A stretch of 64,000 bases of DNA from Squalus acanthias (Eukaryota). The notes beneath the pieces are model-generated. The model did not search any database. It saw only the letters and a list, made by a program, of their open reading frames with translations, and was not told the origin of the DNA. The DNA lies in NCBI GenBank assembly GCA_030390025.1, contig CM059431.1:137394001-137458000 (forward strand). The letters run 5' to 3'. Both the position numbers and the translations under genes were made by a program. This document shows, in pieces, positions 14,030 to 25,451 of this stretch (position 1 is the first letter of the stretch; every line of letters starts with the position of its first letter).

Positions 14030-14155
14030 CTTATTGGCATGTATTTTGGAATGGTTCCACAACTCCTTGCCCTCGAAAATGGAAACGATAATTGATAACA
14101 ACAGATCCAATACTGCCAGCGGGTCGACAACGAGTACGACACTGAAAGGGTATAT
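14030..14155 (-). CDS. MS4A-like copy A exon 5 (TM4): IYPFSVVLVVDPLAVLDLLLSIIVSIFEGKELWNHSKIHANK
   Basis: CCACAG acceptor, AAG|GTTTGT donor, 126 nt, homologous to 53903-54028. Confidence 0.8.
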
Positions 14156-14829
14156 CTGTGGATCAGTGGCAAGAATATTTTCAGGGCAGTCAGAAATAAT
14201 ACGACTTCAGGCAACAAGAACTGTCGTACACACAGCGACAGCACAATTGAAGACGAATCTCAAAGAGAACTTACGAATTCTGGGCCAACAAAGAATATTG
14301 GGAGCAGAATTGATCTTCGCCAGTAATGCTAAACGGGCATCGGAAACCCGTTTCATGCTCCTCCGGATTTTCCTCTGCGATTGAAAAGAAAATCGGGAGG
14401 AGCGTAACACAGACTAATTTCACCCCCATTTTCTCAATATTAGGCGACCGCCGACAGGGCATCAAGAATATGTCTTCAGCTGAAAGCATATTTCAGTGTG
14501 GGGGAGGGAAATAATGGACCAGGGCGTGGAAATGTTAGTCAGCCCCTGTTTGCAAGTCTGACATTTGCATTTAGATAACAAATTGACTGCAATGTTTGAA
14601 GTCTGGAAGAACATTTCATTGAAGCTTCTCTGCACTCCATTCTGAGAAGGGAGCAGCCGCAAAACACAGGAGCTACAGCGCCGCCATAGGCAGGCGGGTG
14701 TAATTACAGCATAAACTCTGCTCGTTACAAAAGTGAACAAATGGAAATGAAATTGGAAAAGTTATAGCAGGTTGTACACATATTATGTCCGAACAGGTCA
14801 AAGTTACTTTAATATCCGCAGTACCAATT

Positions 14830-15180
14830 CATAGAATGATAGAATGATACAGCAGAGAAGGAGGCCATTCGGCCCATCCTGCGTGCGCTTGCACCTTGAA
14901 AGAAATATCCAAATAGACACACGCCCCTGCGCTTTCCCCATAGCCCCGCATTTTTTTACATTCAAGTATTTATCCAATTTCCTTTTGAAAATTAGAATTT
15001 AATCTGCTTCCACCATGCTTTCAGGCAATGCATTCCAGATCATAACAAGTCGCTGTGTAAAAAAACAATTCTCCTCATCTCCCCGCTGGTCCTTTTGCCA
15101 ATTACCTTTAGACTGTGTCCTCTGATTACCGACCCTCTGCTACTGGAATCAGTTTTTCATGATTTATTCTATTAAAAAAA
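14830..15180 (-). mobile_element. CR1 LINE 3' fragment
   Basis: Same 3'-end type as the fragment at 10316; boundaries approximate. Confidence 0.7.
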
Positions 15181-15609
15181 CATGATTCACATGACCAAAG
15201 AAATAAATCATATTGTTAGCTATTTGGAGATTTTGAGCAAGTTTATACTGCCTCTTTAAATATTTATATTAACTTCAAGCTTGTTTCCTGTATACATGAC
15301 TTCACAGGATGTCCGTTCATCCCATTGAAACGCTGAATTGACAGTGTATTAAGGTTACACTTCGTAAGATAAAAACCCAGAGCGGTCTTAGAACGCCTCT
15401 TAAAGGGATTTCTCACTGCTTCTCTCTCAAGTTGATCCGCCGACCATTGGGTTTATTACGCCTGTGTGTGCCTGGGAAATGCAAAGCGACGCAAAGCTGA
15501 ACTGTGAAGGGTAATCTCAATTGTTTTTATATGACTTTATTTATTTGTGCAATCAACCATAACACGGCCAGAGGGAGTGCTGATTTGAAACTGTTATTCA
15601 TGTATTAAG

Positions 15610-16040
15610 GGAGCTTTGCTAACGCTGTATAACACAGTGCTTATGCTTCAGTTGGAGTACTGTGGCCAATACTGGGCACCACAATTTTGGAATGATGTCA
15701 AAGTCTTAGAGAGGGCGCAGATTAGATTTTATAGAAAGTTACCAGGGATGAAAAACTTCAGTTACGTGGATAGACTAGAGAAACTGGGGCTGTTCTCCTT
15801 AGAGCAAAGAATGTTAAGGGAAAATTTGATCATGAAGGCGTTTGATAGATAAATAAAAGAGAAATCGGTTCCAATTGCAGAGCGGTCGGTACCCAGACCC
15901 ACAGATTTAAGGTAATTGGAAAATTAACCAGAGGCGACCTGAGTACAAAAGATATGCAGCGAGTTGTTGTGATCTGGAATGCACTGTCTGAAAGTGCGGT
16001 GGAAGCAGATTCAATAATAACTTTCAAAGGAGCATTGTAT
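15610..16040 (+). mobile_element. CR1 LINE ORF2 C-terminal fragment
   Basis: Translates to LYNTVLMLQLEYCGQYWAP...[13 protein letters not shown]. Confidence 0.75.
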
Positions 16041-16060
16041 AAAAACAGTTCTATACTTAC

Positions 16061-16205
16061 AGCCAAAGTAAAACACCAGAATCACAGATACAACCAGAAG
16101 GCAGAGAATGAGTGGGGTCCTAACCTGGATGTAAATGAACAACAGGACCAGACTGGCTGCACCAAGAAGGGCACTCATTGCACTCAGCGCCAGACAGGTC
16201 GCCAC
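16061..16205 (-). CDS. MS4A-like copy A exon 4 (TM3 and loop): VATCLALSAMSALLGAASLVLLFIYIQ...
   Basis: TTATTCTTCGAAG acceptor identical to that at 52683; GTAAGT donor; 145 nt (off-phase). An internal in-frame CAG|GTTAGG donor lies at 16125/16124. Confidence 0.75.
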
Positions 16206-17256
16206 CTTCGAAGAATAAGCAAAAGATTACTAAAATATTTGAATTTGGTGAGATCTTCACAATGCCATTAGTTGTCTTGGTGGAAAATCTCATTCAAAGC
16301 ACCCATCTAAAGACATTAATGAGTTCCAAATTCCATACAAAACGGATTTATTGCAATAAAAATAGTACCATAAAAGCTTACAGCACACAGTGCGGCCATT
16401 CGGTCCATAATGGCGGTGCTGGCTCTTTGAAAGAGCTCTCAAATTAGAGTTTTTTTTTCCTGGAAATAACATTTAACCTATAATGTCAGGATCTGTAGTT
16501 GGCATAAAGGACAAACCGAAGAATTGGTATTTATTTCAATCTAATTTGTAGAGGAAAGCGTTTTTTCTATTTTGGATTTCGCAGAGCAATCTGAGCAGTG
16601 TGAGTAGTGGGAAACTGCAACTGATCAGGGGTAGAGTCAAATGAACAAACAATGAAATATTTACATAGAAAATCTCGTCTAGACAGTCATGAGGAACACA
16701 GGAACTTAGGAACGGGAGTAGGCCATTCAGACCCTCGAAACTGTTCCGCCAATCAATTACATTATTTCTGATCTTCAGCTAACTACACCTTTCCGTCTTG
16801 GTTCCAAAGAGCTTTAATACTCCTGCCCAGTAAAAGTGTAATGAGAACAAGTGTCTAGAAATACAACTGGGCCTAGTGGGTAAAACACTTTGGGGTAGAA
16901 CTTAAAACGAGCTGCCGACTCGCTATCACTCGTTTTACTGTCAACGAGGTCTAAATTGAGCCCCATTGAAGGTAAAAAAGACAATATCGATGATGAATTC
17001 AATGGAACTGAATACTGGGCCGGACGTCTAACGGACGACCGATGCACTACCGCTTGCTTTTCCAAGCTGCAATTCTCCAATTTCATCCCCCAAACCTACC
17101 CAATTATAAGGGTTAACACATATCTGAACAATCCCAGTTAAAGTTTCTTTTCCAATACGTCCATAAACAGCTCAGCAACCAGAATGTCAAATTAGAGCAG
17201 TATTCCGTGCAATGGACTGTGGTGTTTAAATGGGGCGTCATCGTGGAGATACTTAC

Positions 17257-17313
17257 AAGGCCTGTAGATGATGTCTTTTCCACAATACACCACAGGCTCC
17301 CAGAAATAAGAAA
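17257..17313 (-). CDS. MS4A-like copy A exon 3 (TM2): FLISGSLWCIVEKTSSTGL
   Basis: TTCCCAG acceptor, GTAAGT donor, 57 nt; FxISGSL is the MS4A TM2 signature. Confidence 0.88.
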
Positions 17314-17779
17314 CTGGGAATGAAACGTGAAATATCAATTCCACATGATAAAGCCTGAGTATAATTAATGTAATACAGAATGATGACTAGCTCATTCAGC
17401 CTCTCGAGCCTGTTCCGCCGTTAATTAGATTATGGCTGATCTGTAACTTGACTTCATCTACTTGCCTTGGTTCCGTAACCCTTAATAAACGCATTTAACA
17501 TACATCTAGCAGCCTCAGTTTTGAAATTTCCAATTGAACCCTACCCTCAACAGCTATTGGAGGGAGACAGTACCAGATTCCCAATATCCTTTACGAGAAT
17601 AAGTGCTTTCTGACATAACTCCTGAATGGCCTACTACTAATTTTAAGGTTATGTTCTGGACTCCCCCACACGAGGAAATAATTTCTCTGTATCAACCATA
17701 TTATATACTGTCATCATCTTAACCACCTCAGTTAGATGACCCCTTAATCCTCTATACTCTTGAGCACGTAAAGCAAGGA

Positions 17780-18133
17780 TGACACTCCAGTGCAGTAATG
17801 AGGGATTGCTGTCGGAGGTGCCGTCTTTCGGATGAGACATTAAACCGCCCTCTCAGGTTGACGTAAAACATCCCGTGGCACTATTTCGGAGAACAGCAGG
17901 GGAGTTATCCCCGGTATCCTGGCCAATATTTCTCCCTCAAACAACATAACCAAAACAGATTATTTGGTCATTATCACATTGCTGTTAGTGGGAGCTTGCT
18001 GTGCGCAAATTTGCTGCTGCGTTTCCCACATTACAACTGTGACTCCACTTCAAAAGTATTTCATTGGCTGCAGAGCGCTTTGAGACGTCCGGTGGTCGGG
18101 AAAGGCGTTATATGAATGCAAGTCTTTCTTTCT
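17780..18133 (+). mobile_element. Deu-domain SINE (SacSINE1/AmnSINE1-like), 5'-truncated
   Basis: Deu core GGAGGTGCCGTCTTTCGGATGAGAC...GTAAAACATCCCGTGGCAC and a tail ending GCAAGTCTTTCTTT; related copies occur elsewhere in the window. Confidence 0.75.
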
Positions 18134-18611
18134 CGAGGGAATGCAAGTCTGGTCTATGCAACCCGTCCACGTAATTAAAATTAATTTAACCCCGGTATAA
18201 TTCTGGTGAACTATAATATCTGACTTAAATTCTGAAACATAATTTTCTGACTAATTATTCACAGACCATCAAAAGTTCAATACGATAGCAATTAACAAAT
18301 AACAATATCGATACATAAAGATTTTAAATGAAGCTGGGTGCAGATATTATTATTTTTGCCTTTACCTTCGGAATTTTCGTTCGTCTGACATCCCGTTTGT
18401 TCGCTATTGTAACGGGAATGTTATTCGGTTTAGAATAGTTGATGCCTCCGATAAAATAGCGAGAATCAGAAGAATATTATAGCGAGGCGCTACACTTCCA
18501 TGCATAAAATTGTAAAAAATAAGTCGTCTGACAGCTCATCTAATCAATTCTAACCAAATTTAAATTCCTCCAAACTGATTCTACTATAGTCTTTAAAGGA
18601 CGGAAACTCAC

Positions 18612-18722
18612 CGACAGCCCGCTGCACAAGAGTACTCTGTGTCCTCCTGCCATCGATATCGAATTCAGAATTAAAGGCGACCAGATTATTAGTAAAAATA
18701 TTCCCAACAGAATCTGCATAAC
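18612..18722 (-). CDS. MS4A-like copy A exon 2 (TM1): VMQILLGIFLLIIWSPLILNSISMAGGHRVLLCSGLS
   Basis: CTCTTTTAG acceptor, GTGAGT donor, 111 nt, homologous to 42779-42889. Confidence 0.88.
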
Positions 18723-19183
18723 CTAAAAGAGAACAGGTATCGCACTGTGGAAAACAAGCTAACATGTAGAAAATCATACAAAATAGAACCGTGTGTGTGA
18801 GAGCGAAAGAGCCGGGTAGTGAGAGAGAGGAGAGAGAGATCAAGGTAAGAGACAAGTAAAACTTAGTTGAACGCTGATTGAGATGATTCGATTAGCACAT
18901 TGTTAGAAAGCTTTAAGATCATTAAATGGTCAAGGTGTCCCACTATTCTCCCATTAGTATATTTAGTGTTAGACCAGATGTGGGAGAAAGGGGAACTTGA
19001 CTCTTGTATGAACAATAAACAGTTTGGAAACGCAAAGACACAAATTGATACAAACCCAGCTCAAGTAACAGGCTGAAAAGAGATTAGTTGCCAAGACACC
19101 ATCTACCACAGTAAAACATAAACATGGACCTACTTACTGCATTATAAACAAAGTTTGTGGAACAGAGGCCAGGTCCGAATAAT

Positions 19184-19345
19184 GGCCTAGAAATTCACTC
19201 CGGCGGTGAGGCAAAATGGGCGGTATCGGATCGGCTGCCCAGATATCCCCAGTTATATTCAGTCCTATTGACCGGCGCTGTGAATAGCAGCCCCCTACCC
19301 GATACCGCCTGTTTTGCGCCAGCGCCCGAGACGAATTTCTAGCCT
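19184..19345. mobile_element. Short palindromic MITE (Harbinger-like)
   Basis: TIRs GGCCTAGAAATTC / GAATTTCTAGCCT; a related relic lies at about 54096-54188. Confidence 0.55.
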
Positions 19346-20020
19346 AAAAAGCGGGGTAAACACCTGAAAAAGTGGCCTCGGCAAAACGTGCAACTGTATA
19401 TTACGTAGGCTCAGGCCAAGCTTGTATTATAGTAAAAAAATAGAAACTGTTTGTCCCCAAGGCTGAGCGTTCTCGGGTTGGTCAGGAGCCACGCAGCCAC
19501 AGGGGTATCCTGGAGGGATGGCGCTGGTCGCTCCATGCCTGGGAAACATGGGCTGCGTGGTTCTCTTGGCGGTGGGTGCGCTCTCAGGGTCAGTCGTAGA
19601 CATGCAGGCAACCTAGAGCCGAAAGTGATAACTCCGGGCCGGGAAACCAGTTTGTTTACTTTGCATGTCATCTTGTCATTAAATTTAACACTGCAGAACA
19701 GTTATATAAAATCTAATACTGTTATTATTCAATGTAATAAAGTTTGCTATTATAAAAAAACTAATTTGTTCATGAACCATGAGCTGAGTTATTGTCGCCG
19801 GACTAACAACCCTTTGTTACGACGATAACCACGGGGGAAATTCTCCAACAACCTATCCCCGTGGACCATATTAAACATTCACTCCCTTCACCACCGGCGC
19901 ACCATGGCTGCAGTGTTGCACCATCTACAGGATGCACTGCAGCAACTCGCCAAGGCTTCTTAAACGGCACTGCCCAAACCCGGGAACTCCACAACCCAGA
20001 AGGACAAGGGCAACAGAGAC

Positions 20021-20381
20021 GGGGTGGAGCAACAGCGGCGAGGCGGCGGCGGTAAAAGGCGGCAGCGACCAGGTAGGCCCACAGAGGCGGCGGACCTGGG
20101 TGGAGCAGCAGCGGCGAGGCGGCGGCGGTAAAAGGCGGCAGCGACCAGGTAGGCCCACAGAGGCGGCGGACCTGGGTGGAGCAACAGCGGCGAGGCGGCG
20201 GCGGTAAAAGGCGGCAGCGACCAGGTAGGCCCACAGAGGCGGCGGACCTGGGTGGAGCAACAGCGGCGAGGCGGCGGCGGTAAAAGGCGGAAGCGACCAG
20301 GTAGGCCCACAGAGGCGGCGGACCTGGGTGGAGCAACAGCGGCGAGGCGGTGGCGATAAAAGGCGGCAGCGACCAGGTAGG
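20021..20381 (+). repeat. GC-rich 76-bp tandem repeat (about 4.7 copies) at the CR1 5' end
   Basis: GGTGGAGC recurs ending at 20030, 20106, 20182, 20258 and 20334. Confidence 0.95.
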
Positions 20382-20597
20382 CTTTCACCAAGCCGAGAGC
20401 AGGAGAGAGGTAAAAAATAATCGAAGTGTGACGTCACCAGAAAGCAGGTAAGTCATTGGTTGATGAGTATTTCTCATTTTTTTATACAAAACTTCAATTC
20501 CATAGTTTATAGTTTCTCGGGTATCTGTGGTGTAGCGGAGACTGCTGGCATAAATTAACTGAAGGGTAAATAATAAATTTTTAATTAATTACATAGA

Positions 20598-21554
20598 ATG
20601 GGAGAGCAGGTGATGTGTTACTGCTGCAATATGTGGGAGCTGGTGGACACCATTGATGTTCACGGTGAACACATTTGCAGTAAGTGTTGGCTGCTCGAGG
20701 AACTCCGGCTCCGTGTTGATGAGCTGGAGTCCGAGCTTCAAACACTGCGACACATCAGGGAGGGGGAGAGTTACCTGGACTCCGTGTTTCAGGAGGTAGT
20801 CACACCAATTAGAGTAAGTAATTCAGAAGTAGCCCGTGGTCAGGGACAGGAAGGTGTGACTAAGAGTGAGGCAGGTACAGGGATCCAGGAGGTAGTGTTG
20901 GAGGAGCCGCAGCCCTTGCTCTTGTCCAACAGGTTCGAGGCTCTTACTCCCTGTGTGGATAGGAGCGGGGACTGCAGGGAGGATGAGCAACCTGGCCACA
21001 GCACCGTGGTAAGGGGGGCCATTCAAGTGGGGGGAGTAAAAAGAAATGTTGTAGTGGTAGGGGATAGTATCATTAGGGGGATAGATAGGGTTCTTTGCAG
21101 CCAAGAGCGAGAGTCCCGAAGGCTGTGTTGCCTGCCCGGTGCCAGGGTTAAGGACATCTCCTCTGGGCTGGAGAGAAACTTGGAGTGGGAGGGGGAGGAT
21201 CCAGTTGTCGTGGTCCATGTTGGTACCAATGACATAGATAGGACAAGGAAAGAGGTTCTGCTGAGGGAGTTTGAGCAGCTAGGGGCCAAATTAAAAAGCA
21301 AAACCTCGGTGGTAATAATCTCTGGATTACTACCTGAGCCACGAGCAAATTTGGCTAGGGTAAATAAAATCAGGGAGTTGAATGTGTGGCTCAAAGACTG
21401 GTGTGGGAAAAATGGGTTTTGCTTCTTGGGACACTGGCACCAGTACTGGGGCAGGAGAGAGCTGTTCCGTTGGGACTGACTTCACTTGGCCAGTGCTGGG
21501 ACTAGTGTCCTGGCGAATCGAATAACTAGGGCTGTGGAGAGGGCTTTAAACTAA
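20598..21554 (+). pseudogene. CR1 ORF1 (zinc finger/leucine zipper plus SGNH/GDSL esterase), one premature stop at 21477
   Basis: CxxC...CxxC, a coiled coil, VVGDSII, CLPGA, HVGTND and D*LHL (from DGLHL). Confidence 0.9.
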
Positions 21555-21669
21555 TTAGTGGGGGGGAGGTTTCAAGAGAGCAAAAAATAAAAATGACAAC
21601 AGAGAGGGTCATAGACATAGGTAGCAGTAGGGGAACCACAAATCAGAGCGTGGCAGGAAGGGACAGAGT

Positions 21670-24543
21670 GTGTGGAGTAAAGGTAAAGTGGTAAAAAGTG
21701 AAAAAGCAGGAACTAAGTGCCACAAAGCATATTTGAAAGTTCTCTATCTGAATGCACGTAGCATTCGTAACAAAATAGACGAGTTAATGGCACAAATAAT
21801 TACATATGGTTATGATATTGTGGCCATTACAGAAATATGGCTGCAGGGTGACAATGCCTGGGAATTAAACATACCAGGTTATTTAACGATCAGGAAGGAC
21901 AGGCAGGAAGGAAGGGGAGGTGGGGTGGCTATGTTAATAAAGGAAGGAATCACTGTAATACAGAGTAATGATATTGGGTCAAAAAATCATGATAATGAAA
22001 CAGTTTGGGTGGAGATAAGGAATAATAAGGGGAAAAAAACACTAGTGGGCGTAGTCTATAGGCCTCCAAACAGTTGCAACTCTGTTGGACGGAGTATCAA
22101 TCAGGAAATAGTTGAGGCATGTAATAAGGGAACATCTATAATAATGGGGGATTTTAACTAGCATATTAATTGGACAAATCAAATGGGGCAGGGCTGCCTT
22201 GAGGATGAGTTCATTGAGTGTATTAGGGATGGGTTTCTTGAGCAGTATGTAACTGAACCGACCAGGGGGCAAGCAACCTTAGATCTGGTCCTGTGTAACA
22301 AGACAGGATTAATTAAAAATGTCCTAGTAAAGGATCCCCTTGGAATGAGTGACCATAACATGGTTGAGTTCCATATTCAATTAGAGGGTGAGAAGGTTGG
22401 ATCTCAAACAAGCGTGCTAAGCTTGAATAAAGGAGACTATGAAGGTATGCGAGCGGAATTGAGTAGAGTGGATTGGGAAAATAGATTAAAGGGTAAGACG
22501 ACACATGATCAGTGGTGTACATTCAAGGAGTTATTTTACAACTTCCAAAAAATATATATTCCACTGAAAAGAAAAGGGTGTAAAAGAAAGGACAGTCATC
22601 CGTGGCTAAGTAAAGAAATTAAGGATAGCATTCGACTAAAAACAAGGGCATATAAGGTAGCGAAATCTAGTGGGAGGATAGAGGATTGGGAAAACTTTAA
22701 AAGGCAGCAAAAAATAACAAAAAGATTGATTAAGAAAGGGAAGATAGATTGTGAAAGTAAATTAGCAAAAAATATAAAAACAGATAGTAAGAGTTTTTAT
22801 AGTTATATAAAAAGAAAAAGGGTGGCTAAAGTAAATGATGGTCCCTTAGAGGATGAGACCGGGAAATTAATGGTGGGAAATATGGAGATGGCAAAAACAC
22901 TGAATGAATATTTTGTATCAGTCTTTACAGTAGAGGACACTAAGAATATCCCAACACTGGACAAATAGGGGGCTATAGGGGGAGAGGAGCTAAACACGAT
23001 CAAAATCACTAAGGAAGTGGTACTCGGTAAAATAATGGGACTCAAGGCGGATAAATCACCTGGACCTGATGGCTTACATCCTAGAGTCTTGAAGGAAGTG
23101 GCGGTAGGGATTGTAGATGCATTGGTAATAATTTTTCAAAACTCCCTGGATTCCGCTAAGGTCCCTGCAGACTGGAAAACTGCTAATGTAACACCCTTAT
23201 TTAAAAAGGGCAGTGGACAGAAGGCTGGTAACTATAGACCGGTTAGCCTAACATCTGTGGTAGGTAAAATTTTGGAGTCCATTATTAAGGAAACAGTAAC
23301 AGGACATTTGGATAATCATAATTTAAGAGGACAAAGTCAGCATGGTTTTACGAAGGGGAAGTCATGTTTGACAAATTTGCTGGAGTTCTTTGAGGAAGTA
23401 ACATATAGAGTGGATAAAGGGGAACCAGTGGACGTAGTGTATTTAGACTTCCAAAAGGCATTTGACAAGGTGCCACACAAAAGATTATTGCTTAAGGTAA
23501 AAAATCACGGGATTGGGGGTAATATTCTGGCATGGATAGAGGATTGGCTATCTAACAGAAAGCAAAGAGTTGGGATAAATGGTTCATTCTCAGACTGGCA
23601 ATCAGTAACTAGTGGTGTTCCACAGGGGTCAGTGCTGGGTCCCCAACTCTTTACAATCTATATTAACGATTTGGAGGAAGGGACCAAGTGTAACATATCA
23701 AAATTTGCAGATGATACAAAGATGGGAGGGAAAGTAGTGAGTGAGGAGGACATAAAAAACCTGCAAGGGGACATAGACAGGCTAAGTAAGTGGGCAGAGA
23801 TTTGGCAGATGGAATACAACACTGGAAAGTGTGAGGTGATGCACTTTGGCAGGAAAAATCCTACAGCAATTTATTATCTTAATGGCAAGAAACTGGAGAG
23901 TACTGAAGTGCAAAGGGATCTGGGGGTCCTGGTGCACGAAACTCAAAAGGTTAGTATGCAGGTGCAGCAAGTGATTAAGAAGGCAAATGGAATGTTGGCT
24001 TTCATTGCTAGGGGGATAGAATATAAAAATAGGGAGGTATTGCTTCAGTTGTACAAGGTATTGGTGAGACCGCACCTGGAATACTGCATACAGTTTTGGT
24101 GTCCTTACTTAAGGAAAGACATCCTTGCTCTCGAGGCAGTGCAAAAAAGGTTCACTCGGTTAATCCCGGGGATGAGGAGGTGGTCATATGAGGAGAGGTT
24201 GGGTAGATTGGGACTTTACTCATTGGAGTTCAGAAGAATGAGAGGCGATCTTATTGAAACATATAAGATTGTGAAGGGGTTGGATCGGGTGGATGCGGGG
24301 AGGATGTTCCCGATGAAGGGTGAGACTAGAACTAGGGGACATAGTCTTAGAATAAGGGGCTGCTCTTTCAAAACTGAGATGAGGAGGAACTACTTCACTC
24401 AGAGGGTGGTAGGTCCATGGAATATGCTGCCACAAAAAGCTGGAGAAGCTACATCATTAAATAAATTTAAAACAGAAATAGACAGTTTCCTAGAAGTAAA
24501 GGGCATTAAGGGTTACGGGGAGCGGGCAGGAATTTGGACATGA
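21670..24543 (+). pseudogene. CR1 ORF2 (APE endonuclease plus reverse transcriptase), stops at 22159 and 22966
   Basis: [51 protein letters not shown] and FADD. Confidence 0.95.
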
Positions 24544-25286
24544 GTCTAGGTTCGGATCGGTCATGGCCCTGTGGGTAGTGGAGCGGGCCCAGGGACCGTG
24601 TGGCCTGATTCTGCTCCTATTTCGTGTGTGCAATTCTGTTAGATGCAGGAGATGGTTCTGTGATAGTAGATTGGCGGTTAGGATCAGATCAGCCATGATC
24701 TTATTGAATGGCGGAGCAGGCTCGAGGGGCCGATTGGCCTACTCCTGCTCCTATTTCTTATGTTCTTATGTTCTTATGGGAACACCATAAACTCCGCTCC
24801 AAGTCACACACCACCCTGACATGGGCAGATATCCGCCGTTCCTTCATCGTCACTGCGTCAAAACCCTTGCGATCCTTGGCTGACAGCACTGTGGGAGCAC
24901 ATTCACCACATGGATTGTAACTATTCAACAAGAAGGCGAACCATGATTTTCTCCAGGGGACATGGTCTGGGAAATAAATGCTGACCTTGCTGGCGAGGCC
25001 TATATCCCCAGAATTCATTTTAAAAGTATAGCTCAGACATGTACTCATGAATATATTTCCCGGTTGGTAGTCCCAGTGAAATTTTACATGTGATCACAGT
25101 GAAGTTATTTATAATTTCGCTACTAGTAGCGACGGGAACTAACCTCCATCAGCTAATTGATGATATCCCTACACATAGCGACTGGAACCCTTTTACTCAA
25201 GGCGTGTTGAAACTAAAGCATTGCATGTTGAAATTGTGATCTATTTGAGAAGGAATAAATGAATAAAAGAAATGCTTTAATCTTAC

Positions 25287-25451
25287 CCCCAGAGCTTTCG
25301 CGTTTCCCATCTGAATTCCTGGACTGTTTACTCTTCTGATTGGTGAATGAGTCTGGTAGCCTCCCCGTCTCACTAGGGCTTCCCTTGCACCAGATTGTGG
25401 GTTAATATAGGGACTGATGACGCTCCCTTCAGTGCCCAGTGAAGTTGCCAT
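25287..25451 (-). CDS. MS4A-like copy A first coding exon: MATSLGTEGSV...QMGNAKALG
   Basis: AACATGG start context, GGG|GTAAGA donor, 165 nt, homologous to 41165-41329. Confidence 0.85.

Larger units (their letters stand above)
20021..24778 (+). mobile_element. Near-full-length CR1 LINE (copy 1), antisense within an intron of MS4A-like copy A
   Basis: Repeat-containing 5' UTR, ORF1, ORF2 and a (TTCTTATG)n tail. Confidence 0.95.
19860..25020 (+). mobile_element. 3' fragment of the 12133-type LINE, split by the CR1 insertion (pieces about 19860-20020 and 24777-25020)
   Basis: ...AGGACAAGGGCAACAGAGAC / ATGGGAACACCA... rejoin colinear with about 13585-13860. Confidence 0.75.
11176..25451 (-). 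pseudogene. MS4A-family (CD20-like tetraspan) gene copy A; probable pseudogene or tail-truncated variant
   Basis: Six GT-AG exons: 25451-25287, 18722-18612, 17313-17257, 16205-16061, 14155-14030 and 11250-11176. Motifs KALG|VMQILLGI and FLISGSL. Exon 4 is 145 nt (off-phase) and the last exon has a 1-bp deletion versus the paralogue. Confidence 0.8.

Noticed and set aside
13686..14384. 232-aa plus-strand ORF
   Set aside because: It runs across a LINE tail, a MITE end and the antisense strand of the MS4A TM4 exon.
19803..20437. Pro/Ala/Arg-rich ORFs
   Set aside because: These are artefacts of the 76-bp GC-rich CR1 repeats.
23017..24543. Functional host reverse transcriptase gene
   Set aside because: It is the 3' part of CR1 ORF2, with upstream in-frame stops.
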